The position numbers were made by a program, and so were the translations under genes. Of a stretch of DNA of 61,897 nt, positions 21,280-33,202 are shown piece by piece (the first letter of the stretch is position 1; each line of letters starts with the position of its first letter). The DNA lies in NCBI GenBank assembly GCA_008373165.1, contig RQOU01000073.1, positions 1 to 61,897 on the forward strand. The letters run 5' to 3'. The DNA comes from SAR202 cluster bacterium (GTDB lineage: Bacteria; Chloroflexota; Dehalococcoidia; Lucifugimonadales; Lucifugimonadaceae). The notes below the pieces were generated by a model. That model was not told where the DNA came from. It saw nothing but the letters and a program-made list of their open reading frames with translations, and ran no database searches.

Positions 21280-22401
21280 TCACATGTTTAGCCCTGTGTA
21301 GCTACCTTCAAATGCAGATCTTGCGTATTGATCAGGCCAGGTTGCGACTCCATCAAGTTGGGCTTTAGCGTAAAGAGGCCAGTAGGGATTTCGTAGTAGT
21401 TCGCGACCGACAAATATGACGTCAGCGTCTCCTTTGCAGAGAATTTCTTCAGCGTGTTGAGCTTCTGTTATGAGTCCCACAGCTCCGGTTAATATTCCTG
21501 TTTGCTTGCGAATTTCAGATGCGAATGCAACCTGGTACCCCGGCGCCGTTACCGTCGAAGGATTGGCTACAGGTATAGGTAACAACTGATTAGGCGAGTT
21601 TCCTCCTGAAGAGCAATCGACTAAGTCAACTCCTAGTTCATTCATCCATTTGGAAAGTTGAATCGACTGTTCAAGATCCCAGCCACCTTTTACGTATTCA
21701 GTCGCGGAGATACGAGCGAACAGTGGCATTGATTCTGGGATAACGTTTCGAACTGCCGTGATGGTTTCTAGCGGAAAAGCAGCTCGATTGTTGAGCGATC
21801 CACCGTATTTGTCTTTGCGCTGATTAGAGATTGGTGAAAGAAATTCACAAGCAAGATATCCGTGAGCAAAATGTAACTCTATAACTTTGTACCCCGCGTC
21901 AACAGATCGAACTGCAGCATCAGCGAATGCTTGGACAATATCGCTAATTTCTTGTTCAGAAAGTTCTGCTGGGATTGCATAATCTTCGTCGAATGGGAGT
22001 GCGCTTGGAGCCACAGGTTTCCAACCTTCACCGTCTTCACTCAAGAGGCCTGAACCGATCCATGGAGCCGCATGAGAGGCCTTACGACCCGCGTGTGCAA
22101 GTTGGACGGCTGGTATTGATCCCGCGGATTCAATGAACTTAGTTATAGGTCGTAGCACATCAATGTGGGCATCTGACCAGATGCCCTGATCCCATTGAGA
22201 AATTCGACCTTCAGGCAGAACCGCGGTAGCTTCCGCCATTACCAATCCCGCACCACCGACGGCTCGAGTGCCTAAGTGCACCATATGCCAGGGTGTAGCT
22301 AAACCATCGGTCTTGCTCGAATACTGGCACATCGGAGAAACAAACACGCGGTTTGGGATGGTTTGCCCTCTTATTGTTATTGGATTGAAGAGTTGGCTAA
22401 T
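21280..22401 (-). CDS. NADH:flavin oxidoreductase (Old Yellow Enzyme, YqjM/NamA type)
   Basis: SPMCQYS, QLAHAGRK, HFAHGYL, GRELLRNP. The typical N-terminus SQLFNPITIRG..IPNR extends to an ATT codon at 22401 preceded by GGAG. Confidence 0.9.
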   Translation of the reverse strand: MSQLFNPITIRGQTIPNRVFVSPMCQYSSKTDGLATPWHMVHLGTRAVGGAGLVMAEATAVLPEGRISQWDQGIWSDAHIDVLRPITKFIESAGSIPAVQLAHAGRKASHAAPWIGSGLLSEDGEGWKPVAPSALPFDEDYAIPAELSEQEISDIVQAFADAAVRSVDAGYKVIELHFAHGYLACEFLSPISNQRKDKYGGSLNNRAAFPLETITAVRNVIPESMPLFARISATEYVKGGWDLEQSIQLSKWMNELGVDLVDCSSGGNSPNQLLPIPVANPSTVTAPGYQVAFASEIRKQTGILTGAVGLITEAQHAEEILCKGDADVIFVGRELLRNPYWPLYAKAQLDGVATWPDQYARSAFEGSYTGLNM

Positions 22402-22433
22402 TGGATCGACTCCGTGTTATCTGCAAACGAATA

Positions 22434-24455
22434 TCACTGACTGATGGTCAAAGTGTATTCTGTTGGGGTGGTTGATTGGCGTGTAACGGCGCTTACGATT
22501 GTAATTATGAGATCATCTTTTTCGATATCACTCAGTTTAATAGTTCCGTTAGCATTTTTATCGACGGGGAGACGGTACACCATTGAATCTCCTGCACCTT
22601 TTTTATGAATAACTTGGATCAAATAATCTGTTGGAATCGTGGCCTGTACTAAAGTGAAACCTTTAGGAATCCAGTTGCCTGTTGTTGTTGTGTCGTCAGT
22701 CCAATTAATTGCACTAATTTCAAAATCATCGAGGCAGATGCCTTTAGCAAATATTGCGTCATCGGTGATGTATTCAAAGCGTATTAATATTTCTTGACCT
22801 GCGTAGCTGGAGATATCAACGGAATCTTGAACCCAGCCCATGCTGTTTCCGGTGAGTCCGGGACCGTAAGAGTTGCCGTTTGGATTGAGGTTGCTTGATC
22901 TTTCGGTGGGGAGGATATCCCATGTTGCCCCCTTATCCGTTGAGACCATCGTATATCCATAGTCCCAAGAGTCTTCGATATCGTAGTCAACCCAGTAGCT
23001 TAACGTAGCAGCGTCTACATCTGATAAATCGACACGCTTGGTTAAAGTTGAATTGATCGAATCTCCCTGATTAGACCACCAACATGTTTTACCTGAGCGT
23101 GGCGGATGAGTCAGCAAGTTTGTTTCTGGTTCACCTTTGAATTCAATTGTGATTTGCTCAGATTCACTTGAACTTACTACGTAGTCTGCGCCAAATGATT
23201 TAACTTCACCATTCAGTGAGCTAGGTACTTTTGTGGATATTTGTTTTATAGGTGGAAGCGAACGATTTTTATACCTATACGGTCCCTCTTTTGGATTCAG
23301 GTAATTCGCAATAAGCCAGTTAGCGTAAACATCTTGCCCTGTAGCATCGAAACCTAGATCAGCCAGTACACTGTCGATTGAGTCCATACCGTCTTTTTTA
23401 TTTTGGGACACAGCCGACAATATTTTTGTGCCTCCGTAATGAGTGGCGAGAAATGCAAAGAATAGGTTTGCAGCTCCGTAGTTCGCCGGTGATGTGTCAA
23501 ATTCAATGAGTGATGTTGATGGGTTAAGCATGAAAGTAGAAATTCCGCTTCTGTCAAAACCGGCGATCTCAGCTGATATTTCTGATAGCCCTTCATTAAC
23601 CCAAGAATCTTCGCTGGAATCTGAGGCGAAATGTGTTGCGTGTTGTAGCTCATGGGCTAGAACACTTAAATATTGTTTGCTGGTTAACGCTAGTCGGTCC
23701 GCCGACATATAAATTGCTTGACGCTCGTTTGAGTGTTTGCGAATTTCCTTGGAATAGGAATCAGCCCCAGAGAAATAACCTGCCATACCCGATTTTAAGA
23801 TGCCGTTATAAATGACTATCCTTTCATCTGCGTCGATTCCGGGTGTAACCGGATAACCGAATACTTTGGTTACTGCGGGCCATATGTTGTTTTCGAAAGA
23901 TTGAGCAACTTTTTTTATATCGTCTCTATCAGGGATGAAACCATTTTCAAAGATCCAGTAAGCATTTTCGGATATATATGAAACCTCACCATTGATTTTT
24001 GTGTTACCGCTATCGCGGAGGATCCAGAAATGAACTTTTTGACCTAGAGCCAATGGCTGTGGAGACAGTATTTTTTTAGGTTCAACGTAATTTTTGATGA
24101 GCCGATTCGCTAGTGCTGGAAGATCGCGGTCTGGCGGCGTAGGAATATATTGCTTAAGCGAGTCTTGTAAAGGCAAAGATACGGTGGTCGGGGACTTTAC
24201 ACCGCTAGGCTGGGTTACGGCTTTTTTTTGCGTTGCTGTAGCCGTTGGCTTTTCTATTATCGTGATATCCGAACCACCTGAATCAGTGGTGCCCCCGGTG
24301 TTTACTTTGATTTTGGTTTGAGAGTCACCGACTATCGTAGGTGTGAACTCTTCAATATCACCTGTACAAGAGGAACAGAGAATGATTATTGCAGTTAGGG
24401 CGCTGGTGAGAGCTTTCGTGTCGAAGTCAGCTGTGATTTTATCGAGCAATGTCAA
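22434..24455 (-). CDS. Secreted or lipoprotein zinc metalloprotease with immune-inhibitor-A-like C-terminal domain
   Basis: Hydrophobic N-terminus with Cys (IILCSSC), Thr/Pro-rich linker, AHELQH plus WVNEGLSE, YDIEDSWDYG...RFEYITD. Confidence 0.78.
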   Translation of the reverse strand: MTLLDKITADFDTKALTSALTAIIILCSSCTGDIEEFTPTIVGDSQTKIKVNTGGTTDSGGSDITIIEKPTATATQKKAVTQPSGVKSPTTVSLPLQDSLKQYIPTPPDRDLPALANRLIKNYVEPKKILSPQPLALGQKVHFWILRDSGNTKINGEVSYISENAYWIFENGFIPDRDDIKKVAQSFENNIWPAVTKVFGYPVTPGIDADERIVIYNGILKSGMAGYFSGADSYSKEIRKHSNERQAIYMSADRLALTSKQYLSVLAHELQHATHFASDSSEDSWVNEGLSEISAEIAGFDRSGISTFMLNPSTSLIEFDTSPANYGAANLFFAFLATHYGGTKILSAVSQNKKDGMDSIDSVLADLGFDATGQDVYANWLIANYLNPKEGPYRYKNRSLPPIKQISTKVPSSLNGEVKSFGADYVVSSSESEQITIEFKGEPETNLLTHPPRSGKTCWWSNQGDSINSTLTKRVDLSDVDAATLSYWVDYDIEDSWDYGYTMVSTDKGATWDILPTERSSNLNPNGNSYGPGLTGNSMGWVQDSVDISSYAGQEILIRFEYITDDAIFAKGICLDDFEISAINWTDDTTTTGNWIPKGFTLVQATIPTDYLIQVIHKKGAGDSMVYRLPVDKNANGTIKLSDIEKDDLIITIVSAVTRQSTTPTEYTLTISQ

Positions 24456-25102
24456 TGTGCTTTTGTAGCTTCGCCATCACCGTTGAATTTATTCATAGCG
24501 TTTTCAAGATCATCGAGTATGATCAGCTCGATTGCATCTACTGCCTTATTGGTGGCTCTAATTACTTTTTCTTTAGTGTCAGGTTTAAATGTGCCTAGAA
24601 CGTGATCTACTTGGCTAGATATAGATTCTGGATTACCCACACCTATTCTCACGCGAGGAAATTCATTGGTACCTAATGTAGCGATTATGGATTTAAGGCC
24701 GTTATGCCCACCCGGGCCACCTTTTTTTCGGATTCTTAATGAACCAGGCTGCAGGTTAATATCATCACTTATGATCAGTATTTTCTCCGGGCTCGTCTTA
24801 TAACGGTTTATCAAGTACCTTAAAGCCGCGCCAGAGCGATTCACGAATGTCTGGGGATATGCCAGCACTACGAGCTTGCCATTAAGTTTCAATTCTCCGA
24901 ATATTAGCTCCTTGCGCTTGTTATTCATTTGAGTTTTTGTGCGATGCACAAATTCATCCATGCACCACCAACCTACGTTGTGGCGGGTGTTTTTGTACTT
25001 GCTCCCTGGGTTACCTAGCCCAATAATTATCCATGGAGGAGATTTTGATCCACCGCCGTCGCCACCTGGGAACAGTTTTTCTAAGATCGAGGAAACGTTC
25101 AA
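24452..25102 (-). CDS. pth: Peptidyl-tRNA hydrolase
   Basis: GLGNPG..Y..TRHNVG, GGHNGLKSI, RVRIGVG. Confidence 0.97.
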   Translation of the reverse strand: MNVSSILEKLFPGGDGGGSKSPPWIIIGLGNPGSKYKNTRHNVGWWCMDEFVHRTKTQMNNKRKELIFGELKLNGKLVVLAYPQTFVNRSGAALRYLINRYKTSPEKILIISDDINLQPGSLRIRKKGGPGGHNGLKSIIATLGTNEFPRVRIGVGNPESISSQVDHVLGTFKPDTKEKVIRATNKAVDAIELIILDDLENAMNKFNGDGEATKAH

Positions 25103-25291
25103 TCGCTGGGATCTCCGCTGGAGCTTGCAGGCAACTTTTAAAGGATATATAAGATGTTATCGTCGGACCGGATTATAGTGTTGGATAATTATCTTTGGAA
25201 TTTAGTTGATGAATGGAGATTAACGGGTGAAGTCTGGGTTACGTATAAATATCCTGAATACCTGTAGGAATACCTTTTGTGTTTAAGTTGT

Positions 25292-27403
<2,112 letters not shown>

Positions 27404-27606
27404 TCAGGATTCCAAATCCCAGCATCGAAAAATCAGCGTGAACTGCGTTGCCTAAAGTATATCAATGCTGCGTGGGTACTAATTGAATCTAAATATTTAC
27501 CAGATACTTCTGTTTAGTGAACATATCAACAACACAGAGAGGGCTATACTCGTAGTAATAACTGTGAATGTATTAGTGTTCGAGCGTTTCGAATCCGTAA
27601 TTAGAC

Positions 27607-28902
27607 ATGGCTGATATTCAGCCCTTCAGGGCAGTACGTTATAACTTCGATATCGCAGGGGATGTGAGTCTTCACGTTTGCCCTCCATTCGACGTGATCA
27701 CGCCGCAACTTCAACATGAACTTTACGACCGTTCTCCTTACAATATCGTTCGTCTAGAACTGGCACGGCGTGGGCTTTCAGATGATCCATATGAACGTGC
27801 TGCGGAGACATCTCAAACTTGGAAAGATTCGGGTGTTCTTAAACATGATGAAGAGCCATCTATATATGTAACGGAAGAAGAATTTGAGTATCGCGGTCGA
27901 ATACTTCGAAGGCGGGGGTTTATTGCGGGTGTCAGGTTAGAGGATTATGACCAAAAAGTCGTACTGCCTCACGAAGGTACTCGATCAGAATGGGTAGCGG
28001 ACCGAGTTCGACTTATGGGGGCAGCGCAGTCGAATTACAGTCCTTTGCTCGTGATATATCGTGATGATCTTCGCTCCAGTGTCACGAATCTCATACGGGC
28101 TATAGCTGGTGGGGAGCCCACAGTTGTGTTCGAACCACCGGATATGCCTCAACTTCGGTTATGGCGCGTTACGGATCCTGGAACCATTAATGTGATTCAA
28201 TCCGTTTTGCGCGATTCAGAAATATTCATAGCCGATGGGCATCACCGTTATGAAGCAGCTTTGCGATATCGTAGCGCAGTGAGATCTGAGCGAGAAGTTC
28301 GATTCGATGAATCGGTAAACTTTCGGATGATGTTGCTGGTATCGTTTGATGAACCAGGGTTGATAACACGCGGGTATCACAGACTCGTTGAGTCTGCTAC
28401 CGACAATGAATTTGCAGAACTTATCAAATCTATAGAGCTAACTTGCCATATAGAGGAATGGGATCCTCCTCATGCTGCTACAGCGACCGACCGTATTGAG
28501 CGGTTTGCAATAGAGTTAGGAGAGCGTAAAGGTGATGAAGTTGTGTTTGGGCTATACGGTAAAGAGCGTGGGAAATTTCATATAGCAACAATGAAATCTC
28601 CACCCCAGGCAGAGAACGCCCTCGAGCATTCTGAATATTCCTATTTACATTCGCATGTGATTCGACCCGTAGTCGATCAAGAACGTGAAGAGCAGATCAT
28701 TAGTCCGCATCATGACCCTGAATTGATAGCTCGTCGCGTTGACGATGGATCAGCTCGAATGGCGTTCATTATGCGGCCGGTACCGCTTGATGAATTTGTT
28801 TCGATCGTTACCCGTGGCTGGCGGTTACCTGCTAAAACGACGAATTTCTTCCCAAAGCCTCCAGCAGGTGCGGTGATTCAGCAATTCGGAGAAACTTTAT
28901 AA
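27607..28902 (+). CDS. DUF1015 family protein
   Basis: IQPFRAVRY, PPFDVI, PHEGT, IADGHHRY, PAKTTNFFPKP. Confidence 0.88.
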   Translation: MADIQPFRAVRYNFDIAGDVSLHVCPPFDVITPQLQHELYDRSPYNIVRLELARRGLSDDPYERAAETSQTWKDSGVLKHDEEPSIYVTEEEFEYRGRILRRRGFIAGVRLEDYDQKVVLPHEGTRSEWVADRVRLMGAAQSNYSPLLVIYRDDLRSSVTNLIRAIAGGEPTVVFEPPDMPQLRLWRVTDPGTINVIQSVLRDSEIFIADGHHRYEAALRYRSAVRSEREVRFDESVNFRMMLLVSFDEPGLITRGYHRLVESATDNEFAELIKSIELTCHIEEWDPPHAATATDRIERFAIELGERKGDEVVFGLYGKERGKFHIATMKSPPQAENALEHSEYSYLHSHVIRPVVDQEREEQIISPHHDPELIARRVDDGSARMAFIMRPVPLDEFVSIVTRGWRLPAKTTNFFPKPPAGAVIQQFGETL

Positions 28903-28927
28903 CAGTCGAAGATCCTTTGTTACTGAC

Positions 28928-29587
28928 TTAGTTGAGGGAGTCGATTTGTTTTAATACTTTTTCAGCACTTACGAAGTGACCAGTTTTTTCGCCGATACTT
29001 TTCCACACAATCTCACCTTTTTTATCTATCAGGAACATTGAGGCTGAGGCCAACCCATCTCCAAACAGGTTAAAAACCCCGTATGAATCTGGCACAGCAG
29101 AGTCTTCGGAGGTAAACAACAACGGGAATTCGATATCTGTTTTGGAAGCCAATGCTAATGAGCCCGTCAGGTCATCAGTACTTATTGCAAGAATTTGAAC
29201 GTTTTTGATGTCAAAGACTTGTTTTTGTTTTTGCAACTCCACGAGTTGTCTCTTGCATGCAGCTCACCAAAACGCTCTATAAAAAACTAAGAGAATGATT
29301 TTGTCACCTTCGAAATTCGAACGAGTGAATGTATGACCTTCGATTGACGGAAGGCTGAAATCTGGTGCTTTGTTTGAGGTGATGGATGCTGTTTGTGTGG
29401 GCGTCTGTATTTTTTCGGATTGAATTATTTCTGAAGCCGAAGAATTATCATCGAGATTAACATTATTCGACTGGTCGACACTTTCACTACCGCAGGCTAC
29501 CGACAGCGCAAGGATTAGAGCTATTAAAATAATCCATCCTGATTTTAAGTTGTGATTAAATTCAGGCCTTGTGCTGATGAAGTTCAT
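28928..29587 (-). CDS. Selenocysteine-containing thioredoxin-fold (AhpC/TSA, peroxiredoxin-like) lipoprotein, 219 aa with UGA read-through
   Basis: ORFs 29264-29587 and 28928-29242 are in the same frame. The junction reads FYRAFW-UGA-AACKRQL (UxxC). Also lipobox LSVAC, APDFSL, ILAISTD, FLIDKKG. Confidence 0.88.
29234..29248 (-). promoter_or_regulatory. Putative bacterial SECIS hairpin
   Basis: mRNA CAACUC-GUG-GAGUUG (6-bp perfect stem, G-rich apical loop) starts 15 nt after the in-frame UGA. Confidence 0.65.
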
Positions 29588-29601
29588 TACGATAAATTGA
29601 A

Positions 29602-30702
29602 CTATGAAGTCATACGATTGAGAGTTTCACTGGCAGCATTTAGAGCTTCGTCTATATGACTTTTTTCGACCCATCCCATATGTCCAATCCTAAAAATCTT
29701 TCCCGTTAAGGATTTTTGTCCGCCTCCCAATACGACGTTGAAGTTGTCATTTACGTTACTCAAAAACTTTTTCCCGTCTACGTCATCGGGTAGTCTGATG
29801 GCCGTTACGGTGTTGGAAGCAAACTTGGGGTCTGGTAGCAGATCTAGTCCTATAGATGAGGCTCCTTTACGGGTGTGTTCTGCAATTTCATGGTGTCGTT
29901 GGAATACGTTTTCTATCCCCTCATCGACCATTGATTGCAAGGCTATTTTCAGCGTGAACATAGCCGGGAGGCATGGGGTGAAGGGTGGTTGTCCTATCTT
30001 GAGGTAATCTTCGTACTGCTGTACGTCAAGGTAGTATTTTGGCATTGTCGATTTGGCATAAGCAGCCCAGGCTTTTTTCGAAAACGTGATCATTGCGATT
30101 CCTGGTGGCGAAACCCAGCTTTTTTGTGATGCGGTTGCTACGACATCTACGCCCCAAGCATCTACCGCGATCGGAACTCCTCCGGCACTTGAAACAGCGT
30201 CTACTAAGATGAGCGCATCAGATTCTTCATGTATGACTGTGCACAGTTCCTTTAGAGGGTTAGAGACGCCGGTTGAGCTTTCATTATGTGTGAATATTAC
30301 AGCCTTGATATGGGGATTTTTTCTTATGTTTTCTCGCACTGCATCCAGATCAGCTGCGTTGCCTAGTTCGAAATTAAGCCTGTCTACATCAGCGCCATAT
30401 GCTTCTGCGATTTCCGCGAATCTCTCACCAAAAACACCAATTATTATTGATAAGACCTTATCTCCTGGTGAAATTGTATTCACCACCGCTGCTTCCATCG
30501 CTCCTGTCCCAGAAGCCGTTATGAAGTAAACGTCATTATTCGTCATAAAAACGGTTTTTAAGTTTGAAGACATCTGATCCAGCATCTCTGCGTACTCTGT
30601 ACCGCGATGATTGATCATTTGAGAGCCTGCCACCGCCAGCACATCGTCAGGTAGCGGTACAGGTCCTGGAATTCTAAGGTTTGGCTGATTATGGCTGGCC
30701 AA
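29602..30702 (-). CDS. Class V PLP aminotransferase (alanine-glyoxylate / serine-pyruvate / SerC-like)
   Basis: IPGP, SGTGAMEA, HNESSTGV, VDAVSS, ASQK (PLP lysine), FRIGHMG. Confidence 0.9.
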   Translation of the reverse strand: MASHNQPNLRIPGPVPLPDDVLAVAGSQMINHRGTEYAEMLDQMSSNLKTVFMTNNDVYFITASGTGAMEAAVVNTISPGDKVLSIIIGVFGERFAEIAEAYGADVDRLNFELGNAADLDAVRENIRKNPHIKAVIFTHNESSTGVSNPLKELCTVIHEESDALILVDAVSSAGGVPIAVDAWGVDVVATASQKSWVSPPGIAMITFSKKAWAAYAKSTMPKYYLDVQQYEDYLKIGQPPFTPCLPAMFTLKIALQSMVDEGIENVFQRHHEIAEHTRKGASSIGLDLLPDPKFASNTVTAIRLPDDVDGKKFLSNVNDNFNVVLGGGQKSLTGKIFRIGHMGWVEKSHIDEALNAASETLNRMTS

Positions 30703-30888
30703 TAAAGTGCTCCGTACTTGTGACTGAATGGTGATTTTTATAGATAGTGGTCGCCTTGACTAAAGGCTATAAAAGATTCTAACTCTCGTTAGATAAAACG
30801 GTTGCAATTTCGTTGCAAAAATCTACACAGAAATCAGACGCTTGGTGACAGGGCGATAGCAAATGGTATTTATCTGTATATGGAAAAC

Positions 30889-32208
30889 CTAATTTACCAG
30901 CTTTACAATAGCGTAGTTTTTTCGCCCTCTACGTATGACCATTAGTCGACCATCAACAAGATCGCTCATTAGAACCGCTCGACCTGCATCTTTGATTTGT
31001 TCTCCATTGAGTGACATGCCGCCTTGTTCTACCGTACGCCGCACGTCTCCGTTAGATTTTCCAGATCCAGTTGTGATAGCCAGTTCAGAGAACTTCATTC
31101 CATTGCCAGTTAGTTGATCTCGATTGATTTCCGTTACGGGCGATCCGCTAAGGACATCTTCCATCTCGTCTGACGATAACGCGGAGATATTGTCGCCAAA
31201 GAATGCCTCAGTAACCTTTAGTGCTTGAGCGAGTCCGTTTTCTCCATGGACAGTTCGTGTGACTTCTTTAGCCAGAGTTCTTTGGGCTTCACGTTTTTCG
31301 GGTTCAACACTGACAGCTTCTGTTAAGTTTCCTATATGAACTTGATTTAATAGGGTAAACAATTTTGTATATGCCACCACATCTGCATCAGCCACGTTTA
31401 AAAAAAACTGATATAGCTTGTAAGGCGACGTTTGATCGGGGTCCAACGTCGGAGCTCCGTCAATCGACTTGCCAAATTTTTCACCTGTTGAGCTGACGAC
31501 CAGTGGGTAAACAATCCCGTGCGCTCGCGGTCTACCGTCTGAGTCAGCTCCATGAATTTTGCGAATCAGTTCAACGCCTCCGAGAATATTGCCCCATTGA
31601 TCGCTGCCACCAGCTTGGAAACCAACCTTTTCTTGCTCGAACAGTCTCAGGAAATCATAGGCTTGTAGTAATTGATAGCTGAACTCAGTAAATGAAATTC
31701 CACTATCGCGATCAAATCGACCCTTAACCGATTCTCGTCCCATCATGGAATTTACCGTGAAGTGTTTACCAATGTCTCGGAGAAATTCCAATAGGTTGGT
31801 ATCTCTTAGCCAGTTAGCGTTGTTAACAATACGAGCGGGATTGGATTTAACTTCGAAATCTAGAAACGGTTCGAGCTGAAGGCGGATCGCATCCACGTTT
31901 TCGTCGATCTGTGCCACTGACATCAGGGTGCGTTCTTCTACTCGACCAGAGGGATCTCCGATCATTCCAGTTCCACCACCCACTAGAGCTATTGGGCTAT
32001 GGCCGTGACGTTGGAGGCGAACTAAACCCATGATCGGGACTAGGTTTCCGATGTGAAGGCTGCTAGCTGTTGGGTCAAAGCCGTTGTAGCACGAAACCTT
32101 TTTGGTCGCCAGAACGTGCAGGGCTCCTGGAGTTGCGTCAAATAACGCCCCGCGCCATTCGAGTTCTTCTGCTACGTTTGCAAATTCTGTATGTGTGGTC
32201 ATAAGCAT
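30889..32208 (-). CDS. tyrS: Tyrosyl-tRNA synthetase
   Basis: GFDPTASSLHIGN, QAYDF, GGSDQWGNI, KFGKS, C-terminal S4-like RGRK. Confidence 0.98.
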   Translation of the reverse strand: MLMTTHTEFANVAEELEWRGALFDATPGALHVLATKKVSCYNGFDPTASSLHIGNLVPIMGLVRLQRHGHSPIALVGGGTGMIGDPSGRVEERTLMSVAQIDENVDAIRLQLEPFLDFEVKSNPARIVNNANWLRDTNLLEFLRDIGKHFTVNSMMGRESVKGRFDRDSGISFTEFSYQLLQAYDFLRLFEQEKVGFQAGGSDQWGNILGGVELIRKIHGADSDGRPRAHGIVYPLVVSSTGEKFGKSIDGAPTLDPDQTSPYKLYQFFLNVADADVVAYTKLFTLLNQVHIGNLTEAVSVEPEKREAQRTLAKEVTRTVHGENGLAQALKVTEAFFGDNISALSSDEMEDVLSGSPVTEINRDQLTGNGMKFSELAITTGSGKSNGDVRRTVEQGGMSLNGEQIKDAGRAVLMSDLVDGRLMVIRRGRKNYAIVKLVN

Positions 32209-32238
32209 GTTCCGTTATTGGAATTTGAGTTGCGTTAC

Positions 32239-33162
32239 TTATTTCGCCAGAATTTTCCTGACTTCATCAACGTCTTTATTCATTTGGATGATTAGTTTTT
32301 CGGTCGATTCAAAAGCGATTTCACTTCTGGTGCGAGATATGAACTCAATTTCCATTTGCTGACCGTATAGATCCCCACTATAGTCTAGAAGGAAAGCCTC
32401 AATTGTACGAACCCCACTCGTTTCAAAGGTTGGTCGTACACCTATGCTTGTAGCTGCTTTATGTGACTTACCGTTAATTTCAACTATGGTTGCGTAAATT
32501 CCATTCCCGGGTACAGTGATCGTTGAATCTGGTTGAATGTTGGCAGTTGGGAAACCTAATTCTCGGCCACGCCTATCTCCTTCTACGATTACTCCTGAGA
32601 TAGAGTAATTTCTTCCGAGCATTACGGCGGCGGACTCGCAATGACCCTTGATGACTGCATTGCGTATGGCCGAGCTAGAGACTGCGCAATCGTTTACGAT
32701 TTTAGTAGGGGCTTCTATGAAATCTACATTACATAATTTTTTCGATAATGAGAGTTTCTCGATTCCCAACCGGTCAAATCCGATTTTTGCATTTGGTCCA
32801 ACGATTAATGCTTTTAATTCAATTAGATGTTGAAGTTCGGATACAAATTCTTCGGCGGATAATTTCTGAATGGCTGTTCCAAAATCTAGTTCTATGATCT
32901 GATCAATTCCGATTTCCATCAAAATGTTTCTTCGAGTTTTTAAACTACTTATATACGAAACATTAAAATCAGGTTTTATGAAAGCCCTAGGCTGTTCTTT
33001 GAATACGAGGGCTACTGATATTGCCCCACGTGCCTTTGCTTCATGCTGCAATTGTTCGAGCAATGCTCGATGCCCTAAATGAACCCCATCAAACGTGCCT
33101 ACGGTAGCCACAGTCGGGCCTTTGTGGATTTCTATTGATGCGAACAGTTTTGAAATCGACAT
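32239..33162 (-). CDS. ribF: Bifunctional riboflavin kinase / FAD synthetase
   Basis: GTFDGVHLGH, SSSAIR, GRELGFPTAN, GVRPTF. Confidence 0.96.
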   Translation of the reverse strand: MSISKLFASIEIHKGPTVATVGTFDGVHLGHRALLEQLQHEAKARGAISVALVFKEQPRAFIKPDFNVSYISSLKTRRNILMEIGIDQIIELDFGTAIQKLSAEEFVSELQHLIELKALIVGPNAKIGFDRLGIEKLSLSKKLCNVDFIEAPTKIVNDCAVSSSAIRNAVIKGHCESAAVMLGRNYSISGVIVEGDRRGRELGFPTANIQPDSTITVPGNGIYATIVEINGKSHKAATSIGVRPTFETSGVRTIEAFLLDYSGDLYGQQMEIEFISRTRSEIAFESTEKLIIQMNKDVDEVRKILAK

Positions 33163-33202
33163 AATCGACGGTAGATTAGCCTAGTCACTGAGATTCGTTT
33201 TG

